NCBI GenBank assembly: GCA_036172245.1
Contig: JAYWIR010000006.1
Coordinates: 682,001 to 746,000, forward strand
Source: Raillietiella orientalis
Lineage: Eukaryota
Reading direction: 5' to 3'
Length of the DNA: 64,000 nt
Shown one piece after another: positions 14,963-25,605 of this stretch (positions within the stretch are counted from its first letter, which is position 1; every line of letters begins with the position of its first letter). The notes beneath the pieces are model-generated. The model was not told where the DNA came from, did not search any database, and saw only the letters and a list, made by a program, of their open reading frames with translations. The position numbers and the translations under genes are program-made.

Positions 14963-16285
14963 GCAAGTGGCGAGCAGCGACCGAAGGTGATCTGCCCCGA
15001 AAGGAAACGTCAGCTTTGCCCCTCCCCTCCGACTTTTGCTCGCCTCCGTGCTTGCCAGTCCCGGCCGGACGAAGACGAGAGCAGTGGGTGGTTTCTGCCT
15101 CCTCTTCAAGGCTCGGCCGTAAAGGGAAAAGATCCTCCCCAGCTTTCTCTTCCCTGAACGGACCCCGGAATTTTAGAGGGCGAAGAGAGATCTCCCTCCT
15201 TGCCCACGACCCATCTCGGAAGTGCTCCAAGGGGGTTGTCAGCACTCAGTCTGCTGGCGCTTGGCGGGAAACATAACTGCCGATCATCTATGCATCGGAT
15301 GTGGATCGCCGGATGACAGCTCCCAAAGTTCGCGACCCATGCCGGCCCAGTCAACTAAGCTCATAAGTGCCGAGGTCACGCAACACCCCTGATCCCCCTT
15401 CCGGACAGCCTCTCTGTGCCCTGGAGTAAGTTCCGCCCCCTTCCCGGTTACCCCGAGAGAGCTCCGTGGAAGAGCCTGCAGCGACGGGGTGGATCGACTT
15501 CCTTGCCGTCGGGTTTAAAAGCTGCGCCTTCGAAAGCGAAGTCTTCGTCTTGGGTCTCCGCCACTCCTACCTCCGAGGCGGCACAGCAAGCGGCGCGAAG
15601 GGAACAGAAACCCGTAGAAGCGGATCAGAGAGACTGCGCATGCGCGAGCACTGCTCGTCTTCGTTCGCCTCTCCGCCCCTCCTCTCCCGGACGACAGCGG
15701 CGAACACGGGAACGAGTCGCGGCAACCGCCAAAGATGTCACCTCGACGAACCTTAGGGCACCCTTCGAGACCGCCAACTGCCGTCGCTGGACTCACTCGC
15801 TGTCGCGGTCGGACTGCGCATGGGAGCAGCGGGCGAGGAAGGAGGGCGTAAGTGCCCTCCTCGAGATGGGATCTGGGGTAATCTCCCGGACGAGATCTGT
15901 CGCCCTCCCCTTCTATCCCGAAAGGGAAGGGTTTCGGGTTCAAGGGGGAAAGAGGGAAGGTAACAGAAACGCCGAGGAGACCACGTGCCGGGGGTACGCC
16001 GAGCTCCCGTGTTCGCATCCTTTCGTCCAAGATCGGCCGGCTGCTGTGCTCAGGCGCTCTCTGAGAGCCTCAGCAGAGACGACCCAGCGCTGGGAATAGG
16101 CCAGAGTTCAGGGCCAGCGGCGTGCAAACGGGAGGTTCGATCGACATGGCCGAGTCGGGGAGGGCGTGGCATCGCCTGGGGACTCTTGCAAAGATGAGGA
16201 AGGCGTCGGAGGAGAGAAGCTTGCGTGGATCACTGCGTGACCTTTGTGATCCTGTGCTCGCGTGCCGCACTCTGAGTTGAGCGGA

Positions 16286-16309
16286 TCTCTCTCTCTCTCT
16301 CTCTCTCTC
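16286..16309. repeat. (TC)n microsatellite
   Basis: Read directly from the sequence. Confidence 0.95.
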
Positions 16310-16782
16310 CCGCACGCGCGCGTGGTGCACTTTTTCTGTTGCCGTGCAACGGTCGGCGGATCTGTGGGCTCGAGACGAGCATCTCCCGTGGACCACGAGG
16401 AAATCCTCCGGCATCTCGAGTGCGGGACGAGTTTCCAGCGCTCGCCTGCGGCTCTCGGAGCTATGGTGGCGGGTCGGAAACCTCCTGAGAGGCCCCGAAG
16501 GCAGAGGTCACCCGCTCGTACAGACCAAGTCTCCCAACCGTTCCTTTCGTGCCCTGGTACGGCGCGCGCACCCCGCTGCCCAGAATTCTCGTCTACATTC
16601 CCCCTCCCCCTTCCTCTCGCCCCATCCCTACGAACGCGTTGCCGACCTCTTCTCAATCAAGAGGCTGGAAGGGGGTGCTACCGGACTCCTCGAGGGAACT
16701 GCTGCTCCTCCCTCGGGTTCGCGGGGCAGAAGGAGAGCTGCAGCGAAGCGCCGCGCCGAAGCGTGACGGCGGACCCCACTAG

Positions 16783-17448
16783 AACGGTGGAGGGGAATTC
16801 CGCAAGTGGATCTTCCCAGTGGACCGTTCCGCACGTAGCTTGTTGGAGTACCCGGGACTCGGGAACCCCAATGAACCCGCCGCCTCGAGGCACGTATGGA
16901 CCAGAGTGCAGCGGTCGGTGCCTCCAGGATTTTGAAAGGCTCCCGAGGCACGGGTAATGGCAGACGGTGAGAGATCCATCCCCTATAGAGTCAAGGAAGA
17001 GGTTCTGGAAGTGTGGCTCCTTCTCCGCAGAACTTCCGTCCAGCGCACGCTCCGGTTGGCGAGTGCCTTTCTGGCCTCGGGTGTGGGGCAGCCCAGGTTC
17101 CTGAGGCAGGAAAGGGAGGGGACTTCCACCCCATGCAGAAATCCCAGGGGTCTCTCTCTCCCCGCTCCCTCCTGAAGTGCTTCCTTCTCGGACCACCACC
17201 GCGTGGAGCGTAACCGCGTGTGTTCCCAGGTCGACTTCGCCCGTCCGAGGTTCGAGCGGACCGCCGAGGAGTGCAAGGAGCTGAGCTGCGACGCCGACCC
17301 GCGCCCTCTGTCCGTGTGCGGGAAAAGTTTCGAGACGGAAGACCACCAGAGGGCTCGTGCGGAAGTCCACGACCCCCCGGAGGTGCTGCGTGCCGTCGAG
17401 TGCGTCGCGGGGTCTCCGGAAAGCCGAAGGAGCCCTTCCGAGCTGTGA
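16783..17448 (+). CDS. Putative 3' exons of an uncharacterised Cys-containing protein
   Basis: Phase-0 GT-AG exons 16783-16893, 17031-17096 and 17230-17448 (TGA). The last exon has strong G/C third-position bias and AATAAA follows at 17647-17652. No start codon or family identified. Confidence 0.35.
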
Positions 17449-18933
17449 ACCTGCGCTGTCCGCCCACTCCAAAGTGGGAGCCGGACGAGAAAGGAGAACC
17501 TCCTATTGGGGGCATGGGAAAGCCAACCGATGCCAGAGCTACCGGACGAAGGAGCGGTTGCGACCGGACCTTGCGGCCAAGATCACCCCTCACATCTTCC
17601 TGCGACGTGGGGGCTCCCACTTCCCCTCCCTCTGAGCCCCTCTTCCAATAAAGGAGAGGAGAAGATGAGCCTCGAGTCTGAAAAAAAGGGGGAGGGAGCG
17701 GGGAGGTCTTTCCCTCAGGTCCAGGAAGCGATTGGAGCTGGAGAGGGGGGAAGGCGGCCGTAGCGAGAGCCTTTGAAAAACTCCGGGTACCTCGTCTTTG
17801 TTCTCCTTGCCCGAGGACAGCCGAAGATTCCAGAGGGCGTCCTCCTCTGTTCAGCGGATTCCTGAGACCAAGAAGGGGGGACGGGAAGGGCCGGCAGCCT
17901 GAACAACTCTCCGCTCCCTAAAGGGAGGCAGACATCCGGCCCGATTGTCCCCAATCGGTGCTCGGGTCGCTCCATCCGCCTTCCAGGATTCGCAACGTCC
18001 GCAGCCTCCAGGGCATCAGGAGGACGCGTGCTGATCCCGCCCTTCGGCGAAGCCGCTGCAGAGCATGTCCCCTTCCCTGAACCCGAAAAGGAAAGCCCTT
18101 TCTTCTCGATCTTCTCTTCCCACGGCTCAGGAAGCGAAGGCAGAAGGAAGGACGTAGCAGGAGGGAGGTCACGAACGCCTCTTGCGGCAGAGGGGGGAAG
18201 GAGGAGCATCTTCAGATGGAACTTTTTCCCCCGCATCCCCAAATCCTCTCTCCCTTTGGATCCAGGAGAAGCGAGGTGGGGAAGATCCTGGAGAAAACAC
18301 CTCCCATGGAGCAAGTGGAAGAACGTCCAGCTGCTCCCACCCCCCTCCCAACCGCTCTTGCTCCCTGAGGAATTTCGGGAAGGATGACTTTCCCCGGGTG
18401 TCCTCCAAAGGAGGGAAGCAGCTCCGGAGGGGATTCTGCGCTCTCTTTCTTCCCTCCAGGAAGAAGGAGAGAGGGCCGTGTCAGGGAGGCACCCCTGTTC
18501 TCTGGAGACCAGATTGGCCCACGCCCCCAGGGTTCACTCGCATAGAATAGGGTCCGTGGGTCCGACCGCGTTCCGAGAGGCAAGACGTATCCGACTATCC
18601 CGCGCCAGAGGGTTAAGAGGGGGGGATCGGCGTGCAGACCCCGGAGACGTCCTTGATGTCATGCTCCACACCCACATCCAGAGGGAGCTGGGAAGAGGGA
18701 GCACGGATTCCTCTCGGAAGGAAGAGGTTGGGGAATGGCCGAATGGATCCCCACCCGTCCCCAGTCGCAGCATCAGCAGAGGAAGCCACCCTGTCCCCAT
18801 CCGTCCGTCGTCCCGGGAGGCGGAGCGCGCTCTCGAGGACGCGGGGTCATGAGTCAACCATCAACGAGTGACCTCAGGGTCTTTATTGGCTTGCCATCGG
18901 TTTCGCAGCCGCGGGGCATGGTCGCTGCCCGCG

Positions 18934-20601
18934 TCACTCGTGACAGTTCGGAAGGGTGTCGTCCTCTGGCAAGAGGTCGCAGATCTCCTTCTTGAGGTTC
19001 TTCAGGTCGGCGTGGCGCCCGTCCTGCGAAAGAGGCGGGGGATCTCGGAGATTTCCAGCCCTCGAGCGCACTCACCTCTCCTAGGGACACGGTGGGGTAC
19101 CCTGTCGGTGGGTGGGCCGCCGTGGCCAACCGTTGTCCATGCTTCTCAAGGAGCCTGATGCCCTTCTGGTTCTCCACGCAAGTACTCAGCTCCTCGGGAT
19201 CCACGTCCGTCTTCTTGGCGCACTGCAGGGAAAGAGAAGGATCGTAAGGTCTGCTGGAAGCAGCCGGACCCTCCTTCCACTCCCGAATTCCGGAGGAGTA
19301 AAGAACCGCAGGGAAGGGGGAAAAAAGGGAGCAAGGAAACGAAAGGGGCGTCGGCGGACCTCGTCCGGTCTGTCCCCAGGGGCAGAGCGACCCCGGCCCT
19401 GAAGAGAAGCGACTCGGGCACGAGGTGGAGGAGACGGAAGACTGGTCCAGGAAGAACAGGGAGAGGACTCACCTCGGTGGGAGCGCTCCTGTCGACTGTG
19501 GGCTGATCCATGATGCAGAAGATAAAGTCCTGAGCCGACTTGCCGGCCGTCTCCTGGATCTCGATGGCGCAGGCAATGTTCTCCGCATAGAAACACTCAT
19601 TGGCGCCGTGACGGCACTCAATATTCCAGGAGTCGCCTTCATGGGTGACCTGGAAGGAGGTCGGGAGTGGTGAGAATCCAACCACCGTCCCTCCTCCCTC
19701 TGTGAGTCCCCCTTCAGGGAGAGGGGAAACACTGCCGGAGAGTGCGCGTGCGTCTGCCCCGGCTGCCCCGCGATCTCGGGAGGGGAGGAAGGGGAGAGGC
19801 GGAGACGGACGCTGCCGATGTGAGGAGAGAAACGCTGAGGGGAATTCCAGCCTCCGGATCAGCCGTGCTCTCATCGTTGTCATCGCCGGAAGCAGGGGAG
19901 GAGTCATCGTCCATGTCCACTTTCTCCTCTTCTCTTCGTCATCATCAGCGACTCGATTCTCGGAAGCGGAGAGGAGTCATCGTCCCCTGTCTCGTCGCCG
20001 CCTCCATCACCAATACCCCGGCCTTCTTCCTCCTGTCCATTATCATCGTCGGCGTCGTCATCACCATTGTCATTCCTCCCTTCATCAATCCTACGGTCTT
20101 TCCTGGACCGCAGGGATCTCGGTAAGACCGGGTCGAAGCATAGGGTGCATCCCCTATGCCTTTTAGGCGCGTTCAGCAGCTGGGGGAGACCCCCGTCGAA
20201 AGGCTGGAAGTCTCCTGCGCGGCCTCTTCCATCCGGAGAGGGCGGAGGTCCTCCGGGACATCCCTGCCCGGAGGCAGGACCCACCCCATCCCAACTTGGG
20301 ACGCAGGGTGACCCGTCCTGCTCACCTTGGAACGTCCAAAGGGATTGAGGGTGACGTTCAGTCGGTCCCCGAAGAGCTGCACCACGTCTTTGAGGTCTTT
20401 GCGGAAGAGCGCCAGGCTGTCCGGGCAGCGGGGCTCGAAGAAGACGGTCAGCGGGAGAGGCGTGGCCGAGCCTTGCTACAGGGGCGAGAAGGAGGAGGAG
20501 GTGGTGATGGTAGCTTTGACCCTTCACCCCCTTCCTACCTCTGCGCGCATGCGCGGAGCAAGCATGGCGACGGAGACGAACAAGGCGAGGAGCTGCTGCA
20601 T
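18934..20601 (-). CDS. GILT-like (gamma-interferon-inducible lysosomal thiol reductase family) protein, divergent paralog A, 208 aa
   Basis: Exons 20601-20539, 20475-20326, 19649-19473, 19222-19076 and 19023-18934, all phase 0 GT-AG. Signal peptide MQQLLALFVSVAMLAPRMRA, active-site FFEPRCPDS, signature CRHGANECFYAENIAC, C-terminal EICDLL..PNC. AATAAA on the minus strand at 18882-18887. Confidence 0.92.
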
Positions 20602-20725
20602 CGCGACGGGTCCTGGAAATCCAAGGAGGGAAGGAACAGCAGTCAAGGAAGCGCACGAAAGGTCAGGGAAGGAAGACACTCAGCCAGGGCTTCTCTCTGC
20701 GAGCGCGACCTCCACAGGGCACGCC

Positions 20726-20731
20726 TTTATA
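20726..20731 (-). promoter_or_regulatory. TATA box (TATAAA) of GILT paralog A
   Basis: GGCTATAAAGGC on the minus strand about 125 nt upstream of the ATG, standing out in GC-rich context. Confidence 0.7.
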
Positions 20732-22650
20732 GCCCCGGCAGTCTCCGCCGGAGGCTGGAGGGCGCAGAGGAACCGCTGCAGCGCCCCTGCCGGACTCCCT
20801 GGACACTACCAGGCTTGGCGGAGGCGGAGCGTGCGGATCGTCGCTCCTCCTAGGGAGGCGGAGATGGGTCACTTGATGACCTGCGTCCTTTCCCTGCGCT
20901 CTGTCCGTGCGAATCACCGCCCCTGCTTTCACAGAATCCTTCCGCCTTCCCACCCGTTCCAGGGAAACCAGGAAGACTGGCTTTTTCCTCAACAGTACCC
21001 TACCCACCCCCGCCCGGCCTTGCCGAAAATGGGCGGCAGGAGCTTTTTTCTAGCGCGATCCTTTGTTGGCGCTCCCCTCCCTCCTGACGACTTTGCGTCT
21101 CCGCTGGCGGGCATCAACATCTTCCACCCCCTCATCCTGCAGAGGAGCGGGCACCTCTCTCCAGATGCACGGGGGGTGGGGGCGTCGCCACGGGACGGGA
21201 CCCGAGGGGGGGGAGAAAAGGAGGGGGATCTCCTTGTGTGTCCTTCCCTCCTCCTCCTCCTCTTGTCCAAGAACTCCCCAGGAGGTGCCCCTGTCTTTCG
21301 GCAGGCGGAGGCGAAGGCCGCAGCCCAGACACCCACGGGTTTCGCCCCTCCTTCCTCCTCCTCCTCCCCCACTCTTCCCTCGAACCTTTTTTGGGAAAGG
21401 AAGGCGAATTTGGAAAGTGGCGCGAGAAAGTAAAACGACCTCCTAGAGCCGCTGCCTCCGTCCGGTCCCTGTTGCCAAGGCGACGGGGCACTCCACTCAC
21501 GTCCACCGCCGCAGACCTCGCCGGGGAGTTCCCTAGGGACCCGCGCCGCGGACTAGGCTGCTGGGCGTCTCTCCCTCTCCCTTCTCTCCCCCGCGGGAAG
21601 GAAAGCTGGAAACGACCGCGAGATCTCATCTTCCACCCCAGTTTCCGCGGAAAAGCCTCCGGGTCTGCCTGCCTCTCCTCCGGACGAGCAGAGCGCATTC
21701 TGGTGGCGAGGCAGCCCTCGGGAGCGCGTCCTCCCACCGAAGGAGGCGCCCGGAAAAGAGATCCCGCGGGCGCAGGATCGCTGCGGGCCTGCCTCCGCTC
21801 GGATACGAGCAAGCGGTCAGCGGCACCGCCGCCCCCGCAAGGGGTCGCTCGTGCGCGAACCGCCGAGTGCGCGCACCTGGCCCGGATCACACCGGGAATC
21901 TTCCTACTCCTTCTCTCCCGCCGCCGGTCGGGGGGGAGGGGCAGAACCGTCTCTCGGAGGAACGGCGCCCCTTCGCTTCCGGACCGCGCGACCTTTCCCG
22001 TCCGGAGGGGGCGGAGACGCTCCGGGACCTCGCAGCAGGTTCTTCCCTGCCCGTCGGCAGTCGGTAGGCGAGAGGCAGACGAGCCAGCACTCCGCTGCCC
22101 CCGACAAGCTGCGCTTCGAGGTCAGGGAAAGTAGAACTGGGTCGCAACCTCAATGGCTCCCGACCCCAGCGTCCCCTTGACAACGGCATCCTTCTCTCCC
22201 GTCCCGTCCGAAGGACTCGCCTCCGAAACGCCGCCAGTGGGACGAAAGGACGAAACAAAAAAAAAAAAGGAAGCAGAAAACCGCCCCACGGGAACGTGGG
22301 GCGGCATCTTCCCGAGCAAACGGTGAGACGCGGAGAAAGAGGGTGTGTGGGAGGAGAGTATCATCCGCGGGCGATGTTGCAAGGTTCCCTGAGTACACGG
22401 GTCGACGGTCGTCCTTGAAGGGAATGGAGCCCGGGGGAGGCAAGGAGAAGTGGGGCGGGGGGCGAAATGAGAAAAAAAAAGGACCTCCAGTGCGGGCCCG
22501 CGCGCGCGCCATGGAAACCGATAGCGACTGGTGGCGATGAGTCTTATCTTTCTTTCTTTCTTTTTTTTTTATTCCTCGGGAAAAAGGGAAAGGGAAAGGA
22601 AAAAAACAGGAAACCCGGGAAGTGGTCTGATGGGCACTCTCCTTGCCACC

Positions 22651-23667
22651 TCACTGGCTGCAGGCGGCCGGTATGCGGTGGCCGTGCTTGCGCATCCAGA
22701 TGCAGATCTCGGCCCTGGCGCGCGCCAACGGGATCACGCCGTCTTCCTACGGGAAGGAGGGAAGAGGAGCGCATGGTCTCCCCCGAGGAGGAGGAGGCCT
22801 CTCCCCCTTCCCTTCCGGCAGCCCCCCGAGAGGGGACCGGGAGGGTCCGCTCGCATACCTCCCCGATCAAGATGTGAGGGTAGCTGCTGACGGTCGGGTA
22901 CAGACGCCGCATCTCCTGCTCGTACTGCTGCAGGAACCGGATGCCGTTCTGGTTCCGGTAGCAGCTGTCCAGCTTCTGCAGGTCCATCCCGGTCCTCTGG
23001 GAGCACTGGGAGGGAGTGGAAGAAGATTGACCGGTGAGAAAGGGAGGAGGGAGGGGGAAGACCCCAGTCTCCCCAGTTCCTGCGGCAGCGCCCGTCCTTC
23101 CCCGCCCACCCCCTCTTTCACTTCCGGGAACCAGGCCCCGCCTCTTACCTGGGCCATCACCTCCGACTCCTCCGCGGTGGACACGTCCTTCATCACGCAG
23201 AAGACGAAGCGCAGCGTCCTCTCCCGCGGCTCTCCCGAGTTGAGGACGCAGGCGAGGCGCTGGGCGCGCGCGCACTCCGCCGGGCCGTGGGAGCACTCCA
23301 TTGCCAGGGTACCATTCTCCTCGCGGATCTGCAGGGATGCCGAGAGGCTGCGAATCTCCCCCCGCCCCGGAGGCCTACCTTGGCGCGCCCCAGAGGGTTC
23401 AGGTGCAGGCTGAGGTGGCCGTCAAAGGCGTCCACGAAGTCATCGAGGCCGCTGCGGAAGAGTGCCAGGCTGTCTGGGCAGAGGGACTCGAAGAACACGC
23501 GCAGGGGCACGACCGCGTTCCCGGTCACCTGGAGGGAACGAAAGGGCGGGTGATGGGAGGTGCACGGGGCGCGGGGGGACCGGAATGGTCGGGAAGGGGA
23601 CGCCTACCTGCGCGAGCAGGGACGGCAGCAGAAACAGCAGCGCAGAGGAGGCGTGAAGGTGAGGCAT
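22651..23667 (-). CDS. GILT-like protein, divergent paralog B, 210 aa
   Basis: Exons 23667-23608, 23528-23379, 23328-23149, 23005-22859 and 22746-22651, all phase 0 GT-AG, with the same intron positions as paralog A. Signal peptide MPHLHASSALLFLLPSLLA, FFESLCPDS, CSHGPAECARAQRLAC, C-terminal EICIW..PAAC. Confidence 0.93.
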
Positions 23668-23729
23668 GGCAACGGCGAGCGGGCGAGCGCGGGCGGCTGC
23701 GTATCCCGAGCAGGGTGCGCGGGCCGCCC

Positions 23730-23735
23730 TATATA
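23730..23735 (-). promoter_or_regulatory. TATA box (TATATA) of GILT paralog B
   Basis: CCCTATATAGGG about 63 nt upstream of the ATG in GC-rich context. Confidence 0.65.
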
Positions 23736-25384
23736 GGGAAGGTCGGAGACACCCCGCGGCAGTCCTCGCGAGGGGGACGCCGGTTTTCCCAGAGAGGCCG
23801 CCGACCCCGGCCTCCCGCTCCGTAGCCTGCAGGGGACTCGCTGCGAGAGCGCGCGCGAGCGGAAAGGGGAAACTCTCCCGCCCTGCCCCAGGCGGGCCTC
23901 TCCCAATGGGACACCTGCAGCCCCTAGCGCCGGCGAGGCTATGAGCTGGAGAGCCCTCGCCTCCTTGCCCGCGGCTATGGGGACCTCCTCAGGGCCCGAC
24001 GCTCCCTGGAAGCTACCTTGAGAGGTCGCCGAGGGGTTGTCCACTCAACGCGAGGTCACGGACCGCGTTCCGAGACATCCATGAGGGCTGCTCCGATCCC
24101 CTATGGGGACACCAGCACTGCAGGATGAAAAGGGACGAAGAAACGAGGAGATGAAGGAATGCGGGAGCTTCCCCGGGGGAAAGGCGAAGGCAAGAACGGG
24201 AAGAGGGCCTGAAAACGGGGGCCGAAGCAAGCAAGGGGCGGGGGTACAGGAGAGGCGGGAGGCGGAGGAGCCTGGAATGCCTTCCTCCGCATCGCGAGCC
24301 GCAGCTCGGGGATGCTTGCGCGCAGGCTCGAGCGCGCCAGTTTCCAAGGTTGCCACGCCGTCCAGAGCCTGCAGCCTCCCCAGCGGGAAGGAGCGTCACG
24401 GCGGCCACCGGCCGCCGAGGAGGTTGACAAACTTTCACTTTCTTGTTTTTGTTTTCGTTCTCCCGAGCGCACCCGCGAGGCTACCCTGGAGCGGGTTGTC
24501 TGGCGGGGGCGACGAAGGCTGGATGAGGCGAAACGAGAGCGCTCGGCATGAGCGAGCAGCGGAAGTGTAGGAGGACAGGGGGGAACGGAAGAAAGTGCTC
24601 CTTCTTCCCAGACCGGCGGGATGTTCGTCGTCCTTCCGTGCAGCTGGAGTCTGCCCGGGGGGCACCCCAACAGCAGGGTCCTCTCAGCCCCCTCGATCCG
24701 GGCAGGGACCCTCGCCTCCCGTAGGGGCAGACTGAGTGCACCTTGTTGCAGGGCGCTAGCTAGGTGGTGGTGAGAGACTGCGGACCAGCACGACCACGCG
24801 GCTTGAGCGCACAGAGAGAGCGACACGCATCGCGCGCGAGCTCCGTGTCATCTTCCGCGCACTTCGCTGTAGGCGCTCCACCGTGCGCATAAGATCCCTG
24901 TGTGTCCTCTGCGCTACATGCGTCCGTGGGGCGCACTGTCCACCCTTCGGTACACGCACGCGTCGCCGTCTGCTCCATTTGCGTATCACTGGTTTGAACA
25001 CCATGCGCAGTACTTGTTTACGTGCAAGGTGCACTACTTGTGAAATAAATACTTTGTAACGGGTTGCATCACATGAGGATAACTGCTTATTCGTGCAACT
25101 GTGTAATCATACAATGTAATACATAGATAATGAAATGCTTATCGAAATAAAATAATCCCCGGATGCGTCTAGAACCAGCTGTGCAACCTACATGTAAAAG
25201 GAATACGTGTGCTGGCTGAAGCCTCTTTCCTAACGAAATCACCTACGTGATGAAAAGGGCGTACTTACACGAGCGTAACTTTGCTCACACGAATAAAATA
25301 AAGCGCAAGCTGTCCGACAGCGCACACATAAAAACAAAAACAAATTACAAATAAAAACGTGGAAAAAACCCTGCCGGAAATACG

Positions 25385-25605
25385 TCACGTGAAGTGACGC
25401 AAAGTGCTGTTGGCATTGTTAGCGGCACCATAGCGCAGACTACGGTGTACAACCAGCTGAGTCTTAAGAGTCACGTAACGCAACGCGCTGTGTAACCACA
25501 TGTGACTAGTTCCTTTGTACAGACGACGTTGAGTAGACAAACTGCCTGCATTTTGAAGGTTTGAAGTGGAGTGGGGGGGTTTTGTCAGCGACTGCACACG
25601 TAAGC
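25385..25605 (+). promoter_or_regulatory. Possible promoter and non-coding first exon of the TFIIE-beta gene
   Basis: TCACGTGA and TGACGC motifs follow an AT-rich tract, and there is a good donor CAC|GTAAGC at 25600. The TFIIE-beta ATG sits immediately after an acceptor (TTTTTAG|A ATG at 30120/30121), so an upstream non-coding exon is expected. The link to this site is inference. Confidence 0.3.
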
